Position numbers and translations under genes: made by a program. Shown here in pieces: positions 30,401-42,312 of a stretch of 64,000 nucleotides of DNA; the stretch's first letter is position 1; every line of letters starts with the position of its first letter. Location of the stretch: NCBI GenBank assembly GCA_964016885.1, contig OZ024744.1, positions 113,832,001 through 113,896,000 on the forward strand. Reading direction: 5' to 3'. The notes below the pieces were generated by a model, which was given only the letters and a program-made list of their open reading frames with translations, was not told the DNA's origin and did no database searches. This DNA is from Eledone cirrhosa. Lineage: Eukaryota.

Positions 30401-32206
30401 AGTGTTGTTACATACAGACATCCTAGACCTCATTACAGCATTGCTACCACATCTGGGACAGTGTTGTTACATACAGACATCCTAGACCACATTACAGTAC
30501 TGCTACCACATCTGGTACAGTATTGTTACATACAGATATCCTAGACTACATTACAGTACTGCTACCACATCTGGGACAGTGTTGTTAAATACAGACATCC
30601 TAGACCACATTACAGTACTGCTACCACATCTAGGACAGTGTTGTTACATACAGACATCCTAGACTACATTACAGTACTGCTACCACATCTAGGACAGTGT
30701 TGTTACATACAGACATCCTAGACCACATTACAGTTCTGCTACCACATCTGGGACAGTGTCGTTACATACAGACATCCTAGACCACATTACAGTACTGCTA
30801 CCACATCTGGGACAGTCTTGTTATATACAGACATCCTAGACTACATTACAGTACTGCTACCACATCTGGGACAGTGTTGTTACATATAGACTTCCTAGAC
30901 CACATTACAGTACTTCTACCACATCTTGGACAGTGTTGTTACATACAGACATCCTAGACCACATTACAGTACTGCTACAACATCTGGAACAGTGTTGTTA
31001 TATACAGACATCCTAGACTACATTACAGTACTGCTACCACATCTGGTACAGTGTTGTTACATACAGACATCCTAGACCACATTACAGTACTGCTACCACA
31101 TCTGGGACAGTGTTGTTACATACAGAGATCCTAGATTACGTTACAGTACTGCTACAACATCTGGGACAGTGTTGTTACACTCAGACATCCTAGACCACAT
31201 TACAGTACTGCTACCACATCTGGGACAGTGTTGTTACATACAGACATCCTAGACCACATTACAGTACTGCTACCACATCTGGGACAGTGTTGTTACATAC
31301 AGACATGCTAGACTACATTACAGTACTGCTACAACATCTGGTACAGTTTTGTTACATACAGACATCCTAGACCACATAACCGTACCGCTACCACATCTGG
31401 GACAGTGTTGTTACATACAGACATCCTAGACTACATTACAGTACTGCTACCACATCTGGGACAGTGTTGTTACATACAGACATCCTAGACCACATTACAA
31501 TACTGCTACCACATCTGGGACAGTGTTGTTACATACAGACATCCTAGACTACGTTACAGTACTGCTACCACATCTAGGACAGTGTTGTTATATACAGACA
31601 TCCTAGACCACATTACAGTACTGCTACCACATCTGGGACAGTGTTGTTACATACAGACATCCTAGACTACATTACAGTACTGCTACCACACCTAGGACAG
31701 TGTTGTTACATACAGACATCATAGACCACATTACAGTACTGCTACAACATGTGGGACAGTGTTGTTACATACAGAGATCCTAGACCACATTACAGTACTG
31801 CTACCACATCTAGGACAGTGTTGTTACATACAGACATCCTAGACCACATTACAGTACTGCTACCACATCTGTGACAGTGTTGTTACATACAGACATCCTA
31901 GACCACATTACAGTACTGCTACCACATCTGGGACAGTGTTGTTACATACAGACATCCTAGACTACATTACAGTACTGCTACCACATCTAGGACAGTGTTG
32001 TTACATACAGACATCCTAGACCACATTACAGTACTGCTACCAGATCTGGTACAGTGTTGTTACATACAGACATCCTAGACCACATTACAGTACTGCTACC
32101 ACACGTGGGACAGTGTTGTTACATACAGACATCCTAGACCACATTACAGTACTGCTACCACATGTGGGACAGTGTTGTTATATACAGACTTCCTAGACCA
32201 CATTAC
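12454..32206. repeat. 59-bp satellite, main block (about 335 units) with higher-order duplications
   Basis: Continuous 59-bp periodicity; variant runs recur at a 3121-bp offset. Confidence 0.98.
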
Positions 32207-32261
32207 TGCATTGCTACTGCCTGTCTCTCCCCTATGTATATGTATTTGTGGTTATATAGAT

Positions 32262-33662
32262 ATGATGGGCACAAATGGTTTGTCTTTGAAAATGGAAGGC
32301 AGATTGTATGATGCCTGTAGAGGATCAGCAATGTTACATGGCAGTCAGACCTGGACATCGTGTGCAGAGGACCTGCGCCAATTGGAAAGAAATGAAGCAT
32401 GCCTGCTCCGATGGTTGTGTAGTAGAAATATACACGAATGCCAACACATAAGCATCCCCTTTACCTTTGTAGCAATTTATGAGCATACTCTTGCTCCAGA
32501 CTTTGGGTATGGACACCACCACATATAGCTTGATTGACGATGCGTGCAACCTGTTTAGTGCCTACTTCTCCTGAGGCCTTCAGCCTCTCAGCATCTATAC
32601 CTGACGGTTCAGCAACCTTACCCCTTTTCATTTCTTTAATTGCCTCTTTGACTCTATAATAATCAATCTCAATAGATGGCCCCTCTGTCAGGTCTACTGG
32701 GGGTAATTTCTCTCTCTCCCATTCATTCTGAACATTCATTGGTCTCTCATAGTGACATTTCCAGGCCTCCTTTTTCTAATCATCAGTGACATTAAGAACA
32801 CCGGCATCATTCCGGACACATTTATCTCCAACAACATCCTGATTTGCACTGACACACTGCCTTGCAATGCGGAACACCGCACGTCTCTGACCTTCCCGTT
32901 GCAGAACATTGGTAAACCAGCTACTCTCAGCCTTCCTGAGTGCTAAGTACCCCTGATGTCTAGCTTCTCTCTTAGTGGCTGTGTATCGGTGTGTAGCCTT
33001 CCATGCTAGTCTTTTGTCTTTAATGGCTCTATCTACTGTGCTGCAAAATGTAAACGGTCTAAGTGAGAATTTAGGAATAAGAGGGATCAGATGTTGTTTA
33101 CTTGAGAGATTACGTTGGTATAGTCATGTGATACATATGAAAGACATCAGCTGTATAAAAAAAGTAATGGAAGTTATGGAGTAGGTAGAACCAGAAAAAC
33201 CTGGGACAACATGATAAAATCCAATCTTGCACACTTGCACCTCTCTAAGACAATGTTACTGGACCGAGATCTTTGGCACCACGCAGTAATACAGAAGACA
33301 CGCCTTCCCTACGCGCAAAGTTAAACCTACAGTCAGTAGGCACCTCTTCACCCAAAATACACCCCGCACCCCCTACCCCATCCACCCACTTCCATCCACT
33401 GTAAAGTAGCCATGTTGGTGACAACAAAAAGCACCCAGTCCACACTGTAAAGTGGTCGTGTAGGAGATACAGTAAAAAGGCTCCCAGCCCACACTGTAAA
33501 TGTGGTTGGTGTTAGGAAGGGCATCCAACTATAGAAAATGTGCCAGATACAGTTCTATACAAGTGAGATACGGTCACCCCACCAATCTTGCCTCAAGAGG
33601 GACAATCCTGTCTAACCCATGTTAGTGTGGAAGATGGATGTTAAACGATGATGATGATGATA
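32262..33662 (+). mobile_element. Composite RTE relic: plus fragment (32262-32451), inverted internal fragment (about 32452-33037), plus 3' end with (GAT)n tail (33038-33662)
   Basis: GLSLKMEGRLYDAC on plus; INCYKGKGD and GKVAEPSGI on minus; RLRWYSHV and the typical 3'UTR GGTTGGTGTTAGGAAGGGCATCC...GATGATGAT on plus. Confidence 0.85.
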
Positions 33663-33673
33663 GATGTTATCTA

Positions 33674-34412
33674 TCTATATACTAATTTCAACAATGTTAG
33701 TATTCCGTGTGTCATAATTCTCGATTATCATTGGTTCATAGGTTTCAAACGACTCCGCCCACCCCAACGACGCCAAACTTAAATTAATATGCAAAATGCC
33801 AATGAGGGAGTGAGAGGGGAGAGTAAGAAACAGAGAGACAAAGTGAACGCTGTGACTATTACCATGTGTGCGTGTGTATGTACGTGCACGTATGTTTATG
33901 TGTGTGTGCATACGTGCAGCGTTCAACAAAGTAAAAAACTATCAACATGTGTGTGTGTGCGTGTGTAAGTTTGCGTGTGTGTGCACGTTTCCATCCGTGT
34001 ATGTGTGTGTACGTGGGGCATTCCACAATTGCCATGCAGTTTATATGTCTTTGTGTCTGTCTGTCAGTCTAACATACACAGAGTTGTGAAGGGAGTAAAT
34101 AGGGACCTTTTTTTACATTGACGGACATCTTTTATATTTATTATTGTGTCATTTTTTTTACAATTGCTCGAAATGAATACTGATAATAAAAGCAATTCGA
34201 CTTTATCAAACAGTGAACTACAGCGGCGACGGCATGCAGCCAGCAATGAAAAAAAACAGGCCGAACAGCGCCATCGGAACGCCGAACTTCAGAGGCGAGA
34301 CGTGCCGCCATGAATGAAGAGGAGCTGGCTGAACAATGGCAATGAAACACTAGAGCCAAGCAGCGACGGCGCGCTGCGATGGTTGAAGACGAACTGGCTG
34401 AGCATCATCTTT
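33674..34412 (+). mobile_element. Helitron 5' fragment with a decayed STPR-like repeat ORF start
   Basis: Begins A|TCTATATACTAA and contains TG microsatellites. From ATG 34173 it reads MNTDNK...ELQRRRHAASNEKKQAEQRHRNAELQR/RRAAMNEEELAEQWQ*NTRAKQRRRAAMVEDELAEH (23-aa period, one frameshift, one stop). Confidence 0.6.
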
Positions 34413-34429
34413 TATATTAATTATCTATA

Positions 34430-35699
34430 TCTATATCTACATATAATATAAAAGATAGGAACTTCCATCATCCTTTTGAGAAACGTGGAACAACCACGTC
34501 TATGCAATGATACACGTTTTACAGTCAGGCAGAAGATGAACCATCTCCTAGAGGTCACTATTCTAGGTGGGAGCACCTAGTATTGTTCATATACTATGCA
34601 CAAATGGTACAACGAAGAATCTGGTATATCTGGAAGATTTTTTTTTACTGTTTTCTGTATCACACAGACACCACGGACTCGCCTCATACTGTAACCAGAC
34701 AAACATCCAATACAGTCATTTTCTCTTTTACCTGTCTTCTCTTATCATCTGTTTACCCGGGCGAAGCTGGGTACGTCAGCTAGTATATATAAAACTGAGG
34801 ATGTCTGTCTGTGTGTGTGTGTGAGTTTGAATCCCTAAAACTAGAGAACCACCTAACCGATTGCTTTCAAACTTTACACATGTAATACTTATGTTTCAGG
34901 GAGTGTTCTGAGCAAAAAAATTTCAAATTTTCAATGCCCTAGGGACCACATTAAGCGATTTATCGATCTCTCTCTATAATTCTTAGTCGTTCTCTTTTTA
35001 GATAGATACATACATATAACGTCGCGCCCTTATAATATCTGTCTGTATGTCTGATTACGTCACTTCCATGAAGATGTCTGTGTGTGTGGGTGTGTGTGTC
35101 TGTGAGTTTGAATCCCTAAAACTCGAGAAGTACCCAACCGATTTTTTTCAAACTTTACATGTGTATTACTTATGTTTCAGGGAGTGTTATGCACATAAAA
35201 TTCAACTTTTTGATCTCCCAGGGCCCGCATTAGGTGAAAAACTGCGTTTTTTAAACTTTTTAGGTTTTTTTTTAGGTGTTACGTCAGACCAATTTCCTTG
35301 AAATTGTAACTATGTATTAGTCAGTCTCTTCTTTATACCATGAGCAAAGAAAATCCAACTTTTTTATGGCCTAGGGCCCGCATTAGGTGAAAAACTTCAT
35401 TTTTTCAGCTTGTTAGGGCTTTTTGGAGGCGTTACGTCTAGCTGATTGTCCCGAAATTTCAAGGCATATTATACATATAAAAAAAATTCATTTTCTTGAT
35501 CTCCTAGGGCCCGCATTAGGTGAAAACCTGCATTTTTCCTACTTCATCGAGGAAAATCTTAAAGATTATCCAGCCATCAGAGTATTCGGTTTATTTTCTT
35601 TACATATTGTTCAGGCATGCAGTTTTTCCACGATTATGTCTGTTGGCGGCCCGCGTTCCAAAATACCTTATCCCGTGCAACACCGGGTACCACTGCTAG
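34430..35699 (+). mobile_element. Non-autonomous Helitron with internal duplications
   Basis: 5' TCTATA...TATATATAAAACTGAGGATGTCTGTCTG, split by the nested element; 3' hairpin CCCGTGCAACACCGGG then CTAG|T at 35696-35700; AGGGCCCGCATTAGGTGAAAA occurs three times. Confidence 0.78.
34436..34783 (+). mobile_element. Non-autonomous Helitron (about 350 bp) nested in the 5' end of another Helitron
   Basis: 5' A|TCTACATATAATATAAAAG; 3' hairpin ACCCGGGCGAAGCTGGGT followed by CTAG|T; no TSD. Confidence 0.8.
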
Positions 35700-35726
35700 T
35701 ATATATATATAGCTTTTATATATATA

Positions 35727-38700
35727 TAGATTTCACCCTTATTGAAGAAGGAGATAGATGGACGGTTGTAAACACAAAAGCCTTCCCTAGAGAGGAATGT
35801 ACCTCCCAACAAAAGTTAGTTGTCAGCGACCTCACTGTCACAACGAGAGGAACTTGGAAACAGAAGGCAACCTAGAGAAGATCTGGAAGCTGAAAGACCC
35901 CTCAGCCAGTAACAAATTTAAAGATATCTTACTTGATGCCTATGACAGTAAAGAAGAACAGAAAGAGACATTCAATGTAGAAAAGCACTGGGAGTTCTAA
36001 AAAATAACTTATTAAAGGTGACGGACGAGATCTGTGGTTGGAGCAAGACCACAGGAAGAAGGAGAGTGACTTGGTAGATGAGGGAATAAAGGCCAAGAGA
36101 CAGGCATGAAAAGAATGGAAGAATGGGGGAAGTAGGGTACATTACATAGAGACCAGAGGGGAAGCTAGGCGACAAGTATACTTAGCTAGGAGGGAAGCAG
36201 AGGATAGAAAATTCAAGTATGTTTTGCAGTGTGAGGACCAGAAACAGGAGGTGTTCAAGATTGCGAGGCAGTGTGTCAGAGAGAATTTTGATGTCATTGG
36301 AGAGAAGTGTATCTGGAATGATAAAGGTGAGCTTGCCCTCACAAGTGCTGAGAAGAAAGCTGCGTAGAAGAGCCATTATGAAAGATTACTGAATGAGCAG
36401 AATGCATGGGAGAAAGAGACCTTACCCCAAGTGGACCCTATAGAGGGACCAGCAGGGATCAGCAGCAGTGTAGTAAGTAAGGCAATTAAAGATATGAATG
36501 TTGGGAAAGCAGCCGGTCCATTAGGTATAGGTGCCGAGATGTTGAAGGCATCTGGGTCAGTAGGTCACACCATAACCACATGTATTGTTAACCATGTAAT
36601 ACTAGAGGGTCTCATACCAAAGGATTGGTGCAGCAGCATCATTGTCAACTGCTACAAGGGTAAAGGAGATGCACTAGATAGAGGAAATTATAGAGGTATA
36701 AAGCTAATGGACCAGGTCATGAAAGTAACAGAAAGAGTTACAGCACAGCTGATTAGGGACCGGGTAAAACTAGGTGAGATGCAGTTTGGGTTTGTGCCAG
36801 GAAAAAGCACCACTGATGCCCTTGTAGTGACCTACAATTCACGGACTCATACATATTCTCCGTTATTTGGCTCAGCCCAGCCAATGAACGCCAGCGGAGG
36901 AGAATGTATCTCTACGCGCCCTGAGGGAAAAATTCCCGCGTTGAATCGAGAAATCTTCCTCTTGGAGCCCGACAGCGCTAAGGTAAACAACTGCTTTTCT
37001 TTCGCCGTGTAATCACTGGCCAATATGTAACACAACAATTTAACCACGGCCTGGCAACACTTCAGCCAGTAGACCGTGCCTTCTGAAATCTTAATTTGTT
37101 TGTTTTATTTCTCTTGGCATGCCAGCTCTACAGAGCTCTTCTCAGCTCTACACAGCTCTACCCAACTCATTTTTTGTTAATAAATAATGTAAAACAAGCT
37201 AAAGTCGTTGTCGAAATTCCTATCCTATCTTTCTACCAAACTGGTTACTCATGGCACTATAACTATTACATTACTACTTCTATAACTCTGCTATACTGGT
37301 AATTATAATAGGACTACTACATCTATATAATACTGCTAAGACGGAGGAGTATATAAGTATGAAATGCTCCTTTAAAATATATATATACATCAACCACACA
37401 TTTCTGTTAAACCCTCTTCCTTGTGAGGCAGTTACAGGAAAAGTACCTAGTTAAAAGTAAGCCGCTCTACCTGGAAAAAGCCTTCAACAGAGTGCCGCGC
37501 GCTATAATCTGGTGGGCTCTTAGAAAACTAGGAATAGATGAATGGCTTGTGAAGGCTGTACAAGCAGTATAGGGGAGCAGTCAGCAATGTTAGCGTTAAC
37601 AATGACTATAGTGAGGAATGTAGCATACAGGTCGGTGTCCACCAGGGCTCTGTTCTTAGCCCTCTCCTGTTCATTATAGTATTGCAGGCAATAACAGAGG
37701 AGTTTAAGATTGGATGCCCATGGGAACTTCTGTATGCAGATGATCTTACACTTATAGCTGAATCTATGGTGGAACTACAGAAGAAATTCCAAACATGGAA
37801 GCAGGGACTCGAAAGAAGGGGTCTCAAAGTCAACCTGTCAAAGACTAAGGTCCTCGTAAGTAGAAGAGAAAACAGAATCCCTCAGGGAAATGACCTTGCT
37901 CAGTATGTAGGAAAGGTGTAGGTAGAAATTGTATCCTCTGCCCCAAATGCAAACAATGGGTACACAAGAGATGTAGTGGGATCTCAGGAAGTTTAGAATG
38001 TAGGCTTCGCATGTAACAGTTCCAGCAGGACAGTAAGCAGCAAACAACCACAGGAAGCAAGCACTACCAAATTCTGGGAGGGCTCTGTAGAAACAGTAAA
38101 CAGCTTCTGCTACCTAGGTGACCAAATTAGCAGCAGAGGTAGGTGTTCTGAAAGTACAGTAACCAGGGTAAGAACGGGATGGAAGAAGTTCAGGGAGCTA
38201 CTGCCACTGCTAGCTGCAAAAGGCTTTTTCTCTCAGAATAAAGGCATATTGTATGATGAGTGCATATGAACAGCAATGTTACATGGTAGTGAGACCTAGG
38301 CATTGTGTGTAGAAGACCTGCGCAGATCAGAAAGAAACAAAGCTTGCATGCTCCGAATTGAGAGAGAGACTGAGCATAAGCGGAATCAAATGCTGTGTGC
38401 AGGAGAGGAGGTTGCATTGGTATGGACGTGTGATGTGTATGAAGGTTGACAGCTGCATAAAAAGCTGCAGAGCACTAGAAGTCAATGGAAGCTGCGGAGT
38501 GAGGAGACCCAAGAAGACCTGGGATGAGGTGAGAAAAGCCGACCATAGCCAATTACACCTTTCAAAGGCGATGACACACGACTGTGACCTCTGGCGTCAC
38601 GCAGTAATACAGAAGACCCGACTTCCCACGGGTACAAGCCGAAGCTGAAGCATATAGACAATATTCCCCCACCCCCTCTCACTGTAAAGTGGTCGTGGAG

Positions 38701-38953
38701 GTGTCACGACAAAAAAGCACCCAGTCCACACTGTAAACTGGTCATGTAGGTGTCATGGTAAAAAGCACCCAGCACTCACTGTAAATGAGGTTGGTGTTAG
38801 GAAGGGCATCCAGCTGTAGAAATCAAGCCAGAATCAGTTCTGTATGAACAAGACATGGTCACCTGACCTGGCATAGCCCACAACAGGACAACCTATCTAA
38901 CTCATGCTAGTGTGGAAGAGTGGACATAAAACAGTGATGATGATAGTGATGAT
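35727..38953 (+). mobile_element. 5'-truncated, decayed RTE LINE with 3'UTR and (GAT)n tail, interrupted by a 589-bp insertion
   Basis: Collinear RT motifs (NYRGIKL, QFGFVPGKSTTDAL, LLYADDL, RLHWYG) and a conserved tail. Confidence 0.92.
36823..37411. mobile_element. Probable solo LTR inserted in the RTE, with 4-bp TSD CCCT
   Basis: GATG-CCCT[TGTAGTGA...CTGTTAAA]CCCT-CTTCCTTGT; the sister copy near 44937 reads GATGCCCTCTTCCTTGT uninterrupted. Starts with TG but ends in AA rather than CA. Confidence 0.6.
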
Positions 38954-38994
38954 ATTTTTCCCTCTCCTATACACGAAAGTGCAGGATAGGTGGT

Positions 38995-39096
<102 letters not shown>

Positions 39097-39369
39097 TGTG
39101 TGTGTTTGTTTGTTTATATTGAAAAAATAATGTGAAAACACTAAGATATATCCCTTTTAATGGTGATAGTGGACTAAAAGTGGAGAGACTGAGAGCCCTG
39201 TTTTCTCCTCATACCACCAACTTAGCCCCATGATGTAACATATCAAAAACTAAAACCAAAACATTGTTTACATTTTCAACCTTTATCTGATGATGACCCA
39301 TCAAATAACTACTACATAAGGTTGTTATGTATGACAATAAATTGAAATGGTATATACCAAACTGTCTTT

Positions 39370-40428
39370 CTTCTTACTTAATATATGATACTTCTGTACA
39401 AACAGTAATGACACATGGCAGTGAGACGTGGGCAATATTTGCAGAGGACCTACGAAGATTGGAAAGAAATGAAGCCTGCAAACTCTGATGAATGTGTAAT
39501 AGTAGTGTGCTAATGAGGGAATTGTGGTGGTATAGGGCCTGTGATGTGTATGGAGGATGACAGCTATAGAAAAAGGCATAAGAGGAGTGTGGTGGTATAG
39601 ACATGTGATGTGTATGGGGGATGACAGCTGTATAAAAAGGAGCAGGGCACTCAAAGTTGATGGAAATTATAGAACAGGAAGACCTAGGAAAGCTTGAGAT
39701 GAAGTGATAAAAGCTGACATTGTCCAATTAAACCTCACAAAGGAGATGGCACAGGGTCGAGAGCTCTAGTGACATGCTGTACTACAGAAGACCCACCTTC
39801 CCATGTACACAAAATGAAATGAAACAAACATATAGAGGATACAATAGCCTGTACCAATCTTCTCTTCACCCCTCCTCATTCACTCTCCACAGTCTTAATA
39901 CTCTGCCCACACCAACTAAATATCCCATCCACCTCATCAATGTCAAACTTGCTTACTTTTCTACCCCCTCCAAATCCTCAACCCTGATATACCTTGAATT
40001 CCCAACCCATGCATATAAAGCATGAAAAATGGACATGTTCTACATCTTATCTCCCACAATGCCATTACCATGACAAAAAGTATTAAATCTACCCTGTATG
40101 CTGATCTGGTGCCACAACAACAAAATCACTCAGTACATGCTGTATGGTGGTAATGATGGTGACATGAGAAAAAGCACCGAGTAAAATGGTCATACTGGTG
40201 ACAGGACAAAAAGAACCCAGTCCACCATGTTAGATGGATGTTTCAGTGTCATGATAAATAGCATTCAGTCAAGTGTAATGTGGTTGGCATTAGGAAGGAC
40301 ACCCAGCTGTAGAAACCAACCCAAAATACAGATCTGTGTGAGTGTGATGTGGTCTCCAGACCTAACTTGTCTCACAACGTAACAACGTATTTAATCCATG
40401 TGAGCGAGGAGGAGGTGCAGAAGAAGAT

Positions 40429-40430
<2 letters not shown>
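39370..40430 (+). mobile_element. Old, degraded RTE 3' fragment with a local duplication of about 65 bp
   Basis: HGSETWA and DLRRLERNEA motifs; duplicated TGTGGTGGTATAG...GGATGACAGCT; degenerate 3'UTR. Confidence 0.75.
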
Positions 40431-40463
<33 letters not shown>

Positions 40464-40467
<4 letters not shown>

Positions 40468-41405
40468 TCATCATCACCGTTTTACGTCCATTCTTCTACG
40501 CTAGCATGGGTTAGACAGGTTGTCCCGTTGTGGGCAGTGCCAGGTCGGATGACCATGCCTTGCTCATACGGGAACTGATTCTGGCTTGATTTCTACAGCT
40601 GGATGCCCTTCCTAACACCAACCTCATTTACAGTGAGTGCTGGGTGCTTTTTTTTCCGTGGCGCCTTCATGTCCACTTTACAGTGTGGGCTGGGTGCTTT
40701 TTTTGCTGTGGCACCTCTACGACCACTTTGCAGTGGGAGGGGTGGGGGCATATTGTCTATATGCTTCAGCTTCAGCTTGTTCCCGTGGGGGGTCAGGTCT
40801 TCTGTATTACTGCGTGACGCCAGAGGTTATGGTTGTGTGTCATCGCATTTGAGAGGTGCAATTGGGTAAGTTCAGCTTTTATCACTCACCTCATCCTAGG
40901 TCCGGCTTCCATCGACTTCTAGTGTTCTGCAGCTTTTAAGCAGCTGTCATCCTTCATATGGATCCCATATCCATACCTACATAACCTCCTCTTCTGCACA
41001 CAGCATTTGATTTCTCTTATGCTCAGTCTCTCTCTCAGTTTGTTTATGCTTTGCCGTTCCTGTATATTACTATTACACATCCATCGGAGCATGCAGGCTT
41101 CGTTTCTTTCTAATCTGCGCAAGTCTTCTACACACAATGCTCAGATCTCACTACCATGTAACATTGCTGTTTGTATACACGCATCATATAGTCTGTCTTT
41201 CATTTTGAGGGAAAAGTCTTTTGCAGCTAGCAGTAGCAGTAGCTGCCTGAACTTCTTCCATCCCATTATTACCCTAGTTATTGTACTTTCCGAACACCCA
41301 TTGCCGTTGCTAATTCAGTCACCTAGGTAGCAGAAGCTGTCTACTGTTTCTACAGAACCCTCCCAGGGTTTGGTGGTACTTGTTTCCTGTGGCTGTTTGC
41401 TTGGA
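40464..41405 (-). mobile_element. RTE LINE 3' fragment, minus strand
   Basis: Reverse complement of the copy at 53105-54158; EDLRRLERNEACMLRWMCN; (ATC)n tail next to (TA)n. Confidence 0.9.
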
Positions 41406-41453
41406 AGGTAATATCCGTAGTGGTAGAGCATTCAGTCCATGGGATGAGTTTGG

Positions 41454-41536
41454 TAGAAGTAGTAACACAACAGTTAGTTCACCATACAGGTGAAACAATT
41501 GTTCTCGGTATGGTGAACTAACTGTTGTGTTACTAC

Positions 41537-41541
<5 letters not shown>
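41454..41541. repeat. Perfect 34-bp inverted repeat with a 20-nt loop
   Basis: TAGAAGTAGTAACACAACAGTTAGTTCACCATAC (41454-41487) and its exact reverse complement (41508-41541). Confidence 0.95.
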
Positions 41542-41576
<35 letters not shown>

Positions 41577-42200
41577 TTTCACTCAACAACAAAGAATAAA
41601 GAAAAACTATTTATTAACAGATTTAAACCAAAATTGAATATGTAATCACCCCATTAGATTCACACACACACGTGTGTATTTTTATATATACACTCTCACA
41701 CGTACACACTCACACTCTCTAAAACCATATTCCAAAAATAGAATTTCATTTACAACCCTACTTTTGCCAATCCCATAGAATTTGTCTCTAGCTTACATTT
41801 CCCCCTCTTCACATCCCCAATCTGAACTCTTGACCAGTCCAATAAAACAATTGAGATACACACATATTTACAGAATATCTCCCTCTCCTTAAAAACAATT
41901 TTGTTCCATGTGAAAAAACACAATGACCACCACCACCACAACTACCACTACAACTACCTCTCTCTCTATATATAAGATTCATTTTAGATCCAGACTCCTT
42001 CTCAAAAAGAAAGATAAACAAACTTGCCTCAACACTTAATTTTAAATTTTAAATTCTTTTTAATTGTAATACTCAACATTTGATAAGATGGATTTCACTG
42101 ATACATCGAAACCGGTTATATTTTATATACATTATAAAACTCTTTTTTTAAAAGAATTGTTCCTCTCATTTTTTCAATAATGTCACTTTGACGAATCAAA
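41577..42200 (+). mobile_element. Penelope-like element 3' relic (GIY-YIG C-terminus plus pLTR with a degenerate hammerhead)
   Basis: Follows (TA)n and reads NKEKLFINRFKPKLNM*; TTGATAA-GATG...CATC-GAAACCGGT at 42080-42116. Confidence 0.55.
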
Positions 42201-42312
42201 GAAGGAAAAAAAAAAGAAAAACAGACCCTAAAATATATTTTCAGTGCTATTTCCAACTTCACCTTTTCTCTATAACCACTGTTTTGTATAGAACCTTACT
42301 TCCCTTTCCTAT

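Noticed and set aside
5579-32206. CRISPR-like appearance of the regular 53- and 59-bp arrays
   Set aside because: There are no unique spacers and no cas genes, and the context is a eukaryotic intron.
8975-32206. Possible ribozyme-bearing satellite (as in newt satellite 2 or schistosome Sm-alpha)
   Set aside because: Neither strand of the 59-mer has a CTGANGA/GAAA core; only the palindrome CAGTACTG is present.
41440-41506. GATGAG...GAAACAATTGTT as a hammerhead
   Set aside because: The CTGANGA box is missing or misplaced relative to the only plausible stem II.
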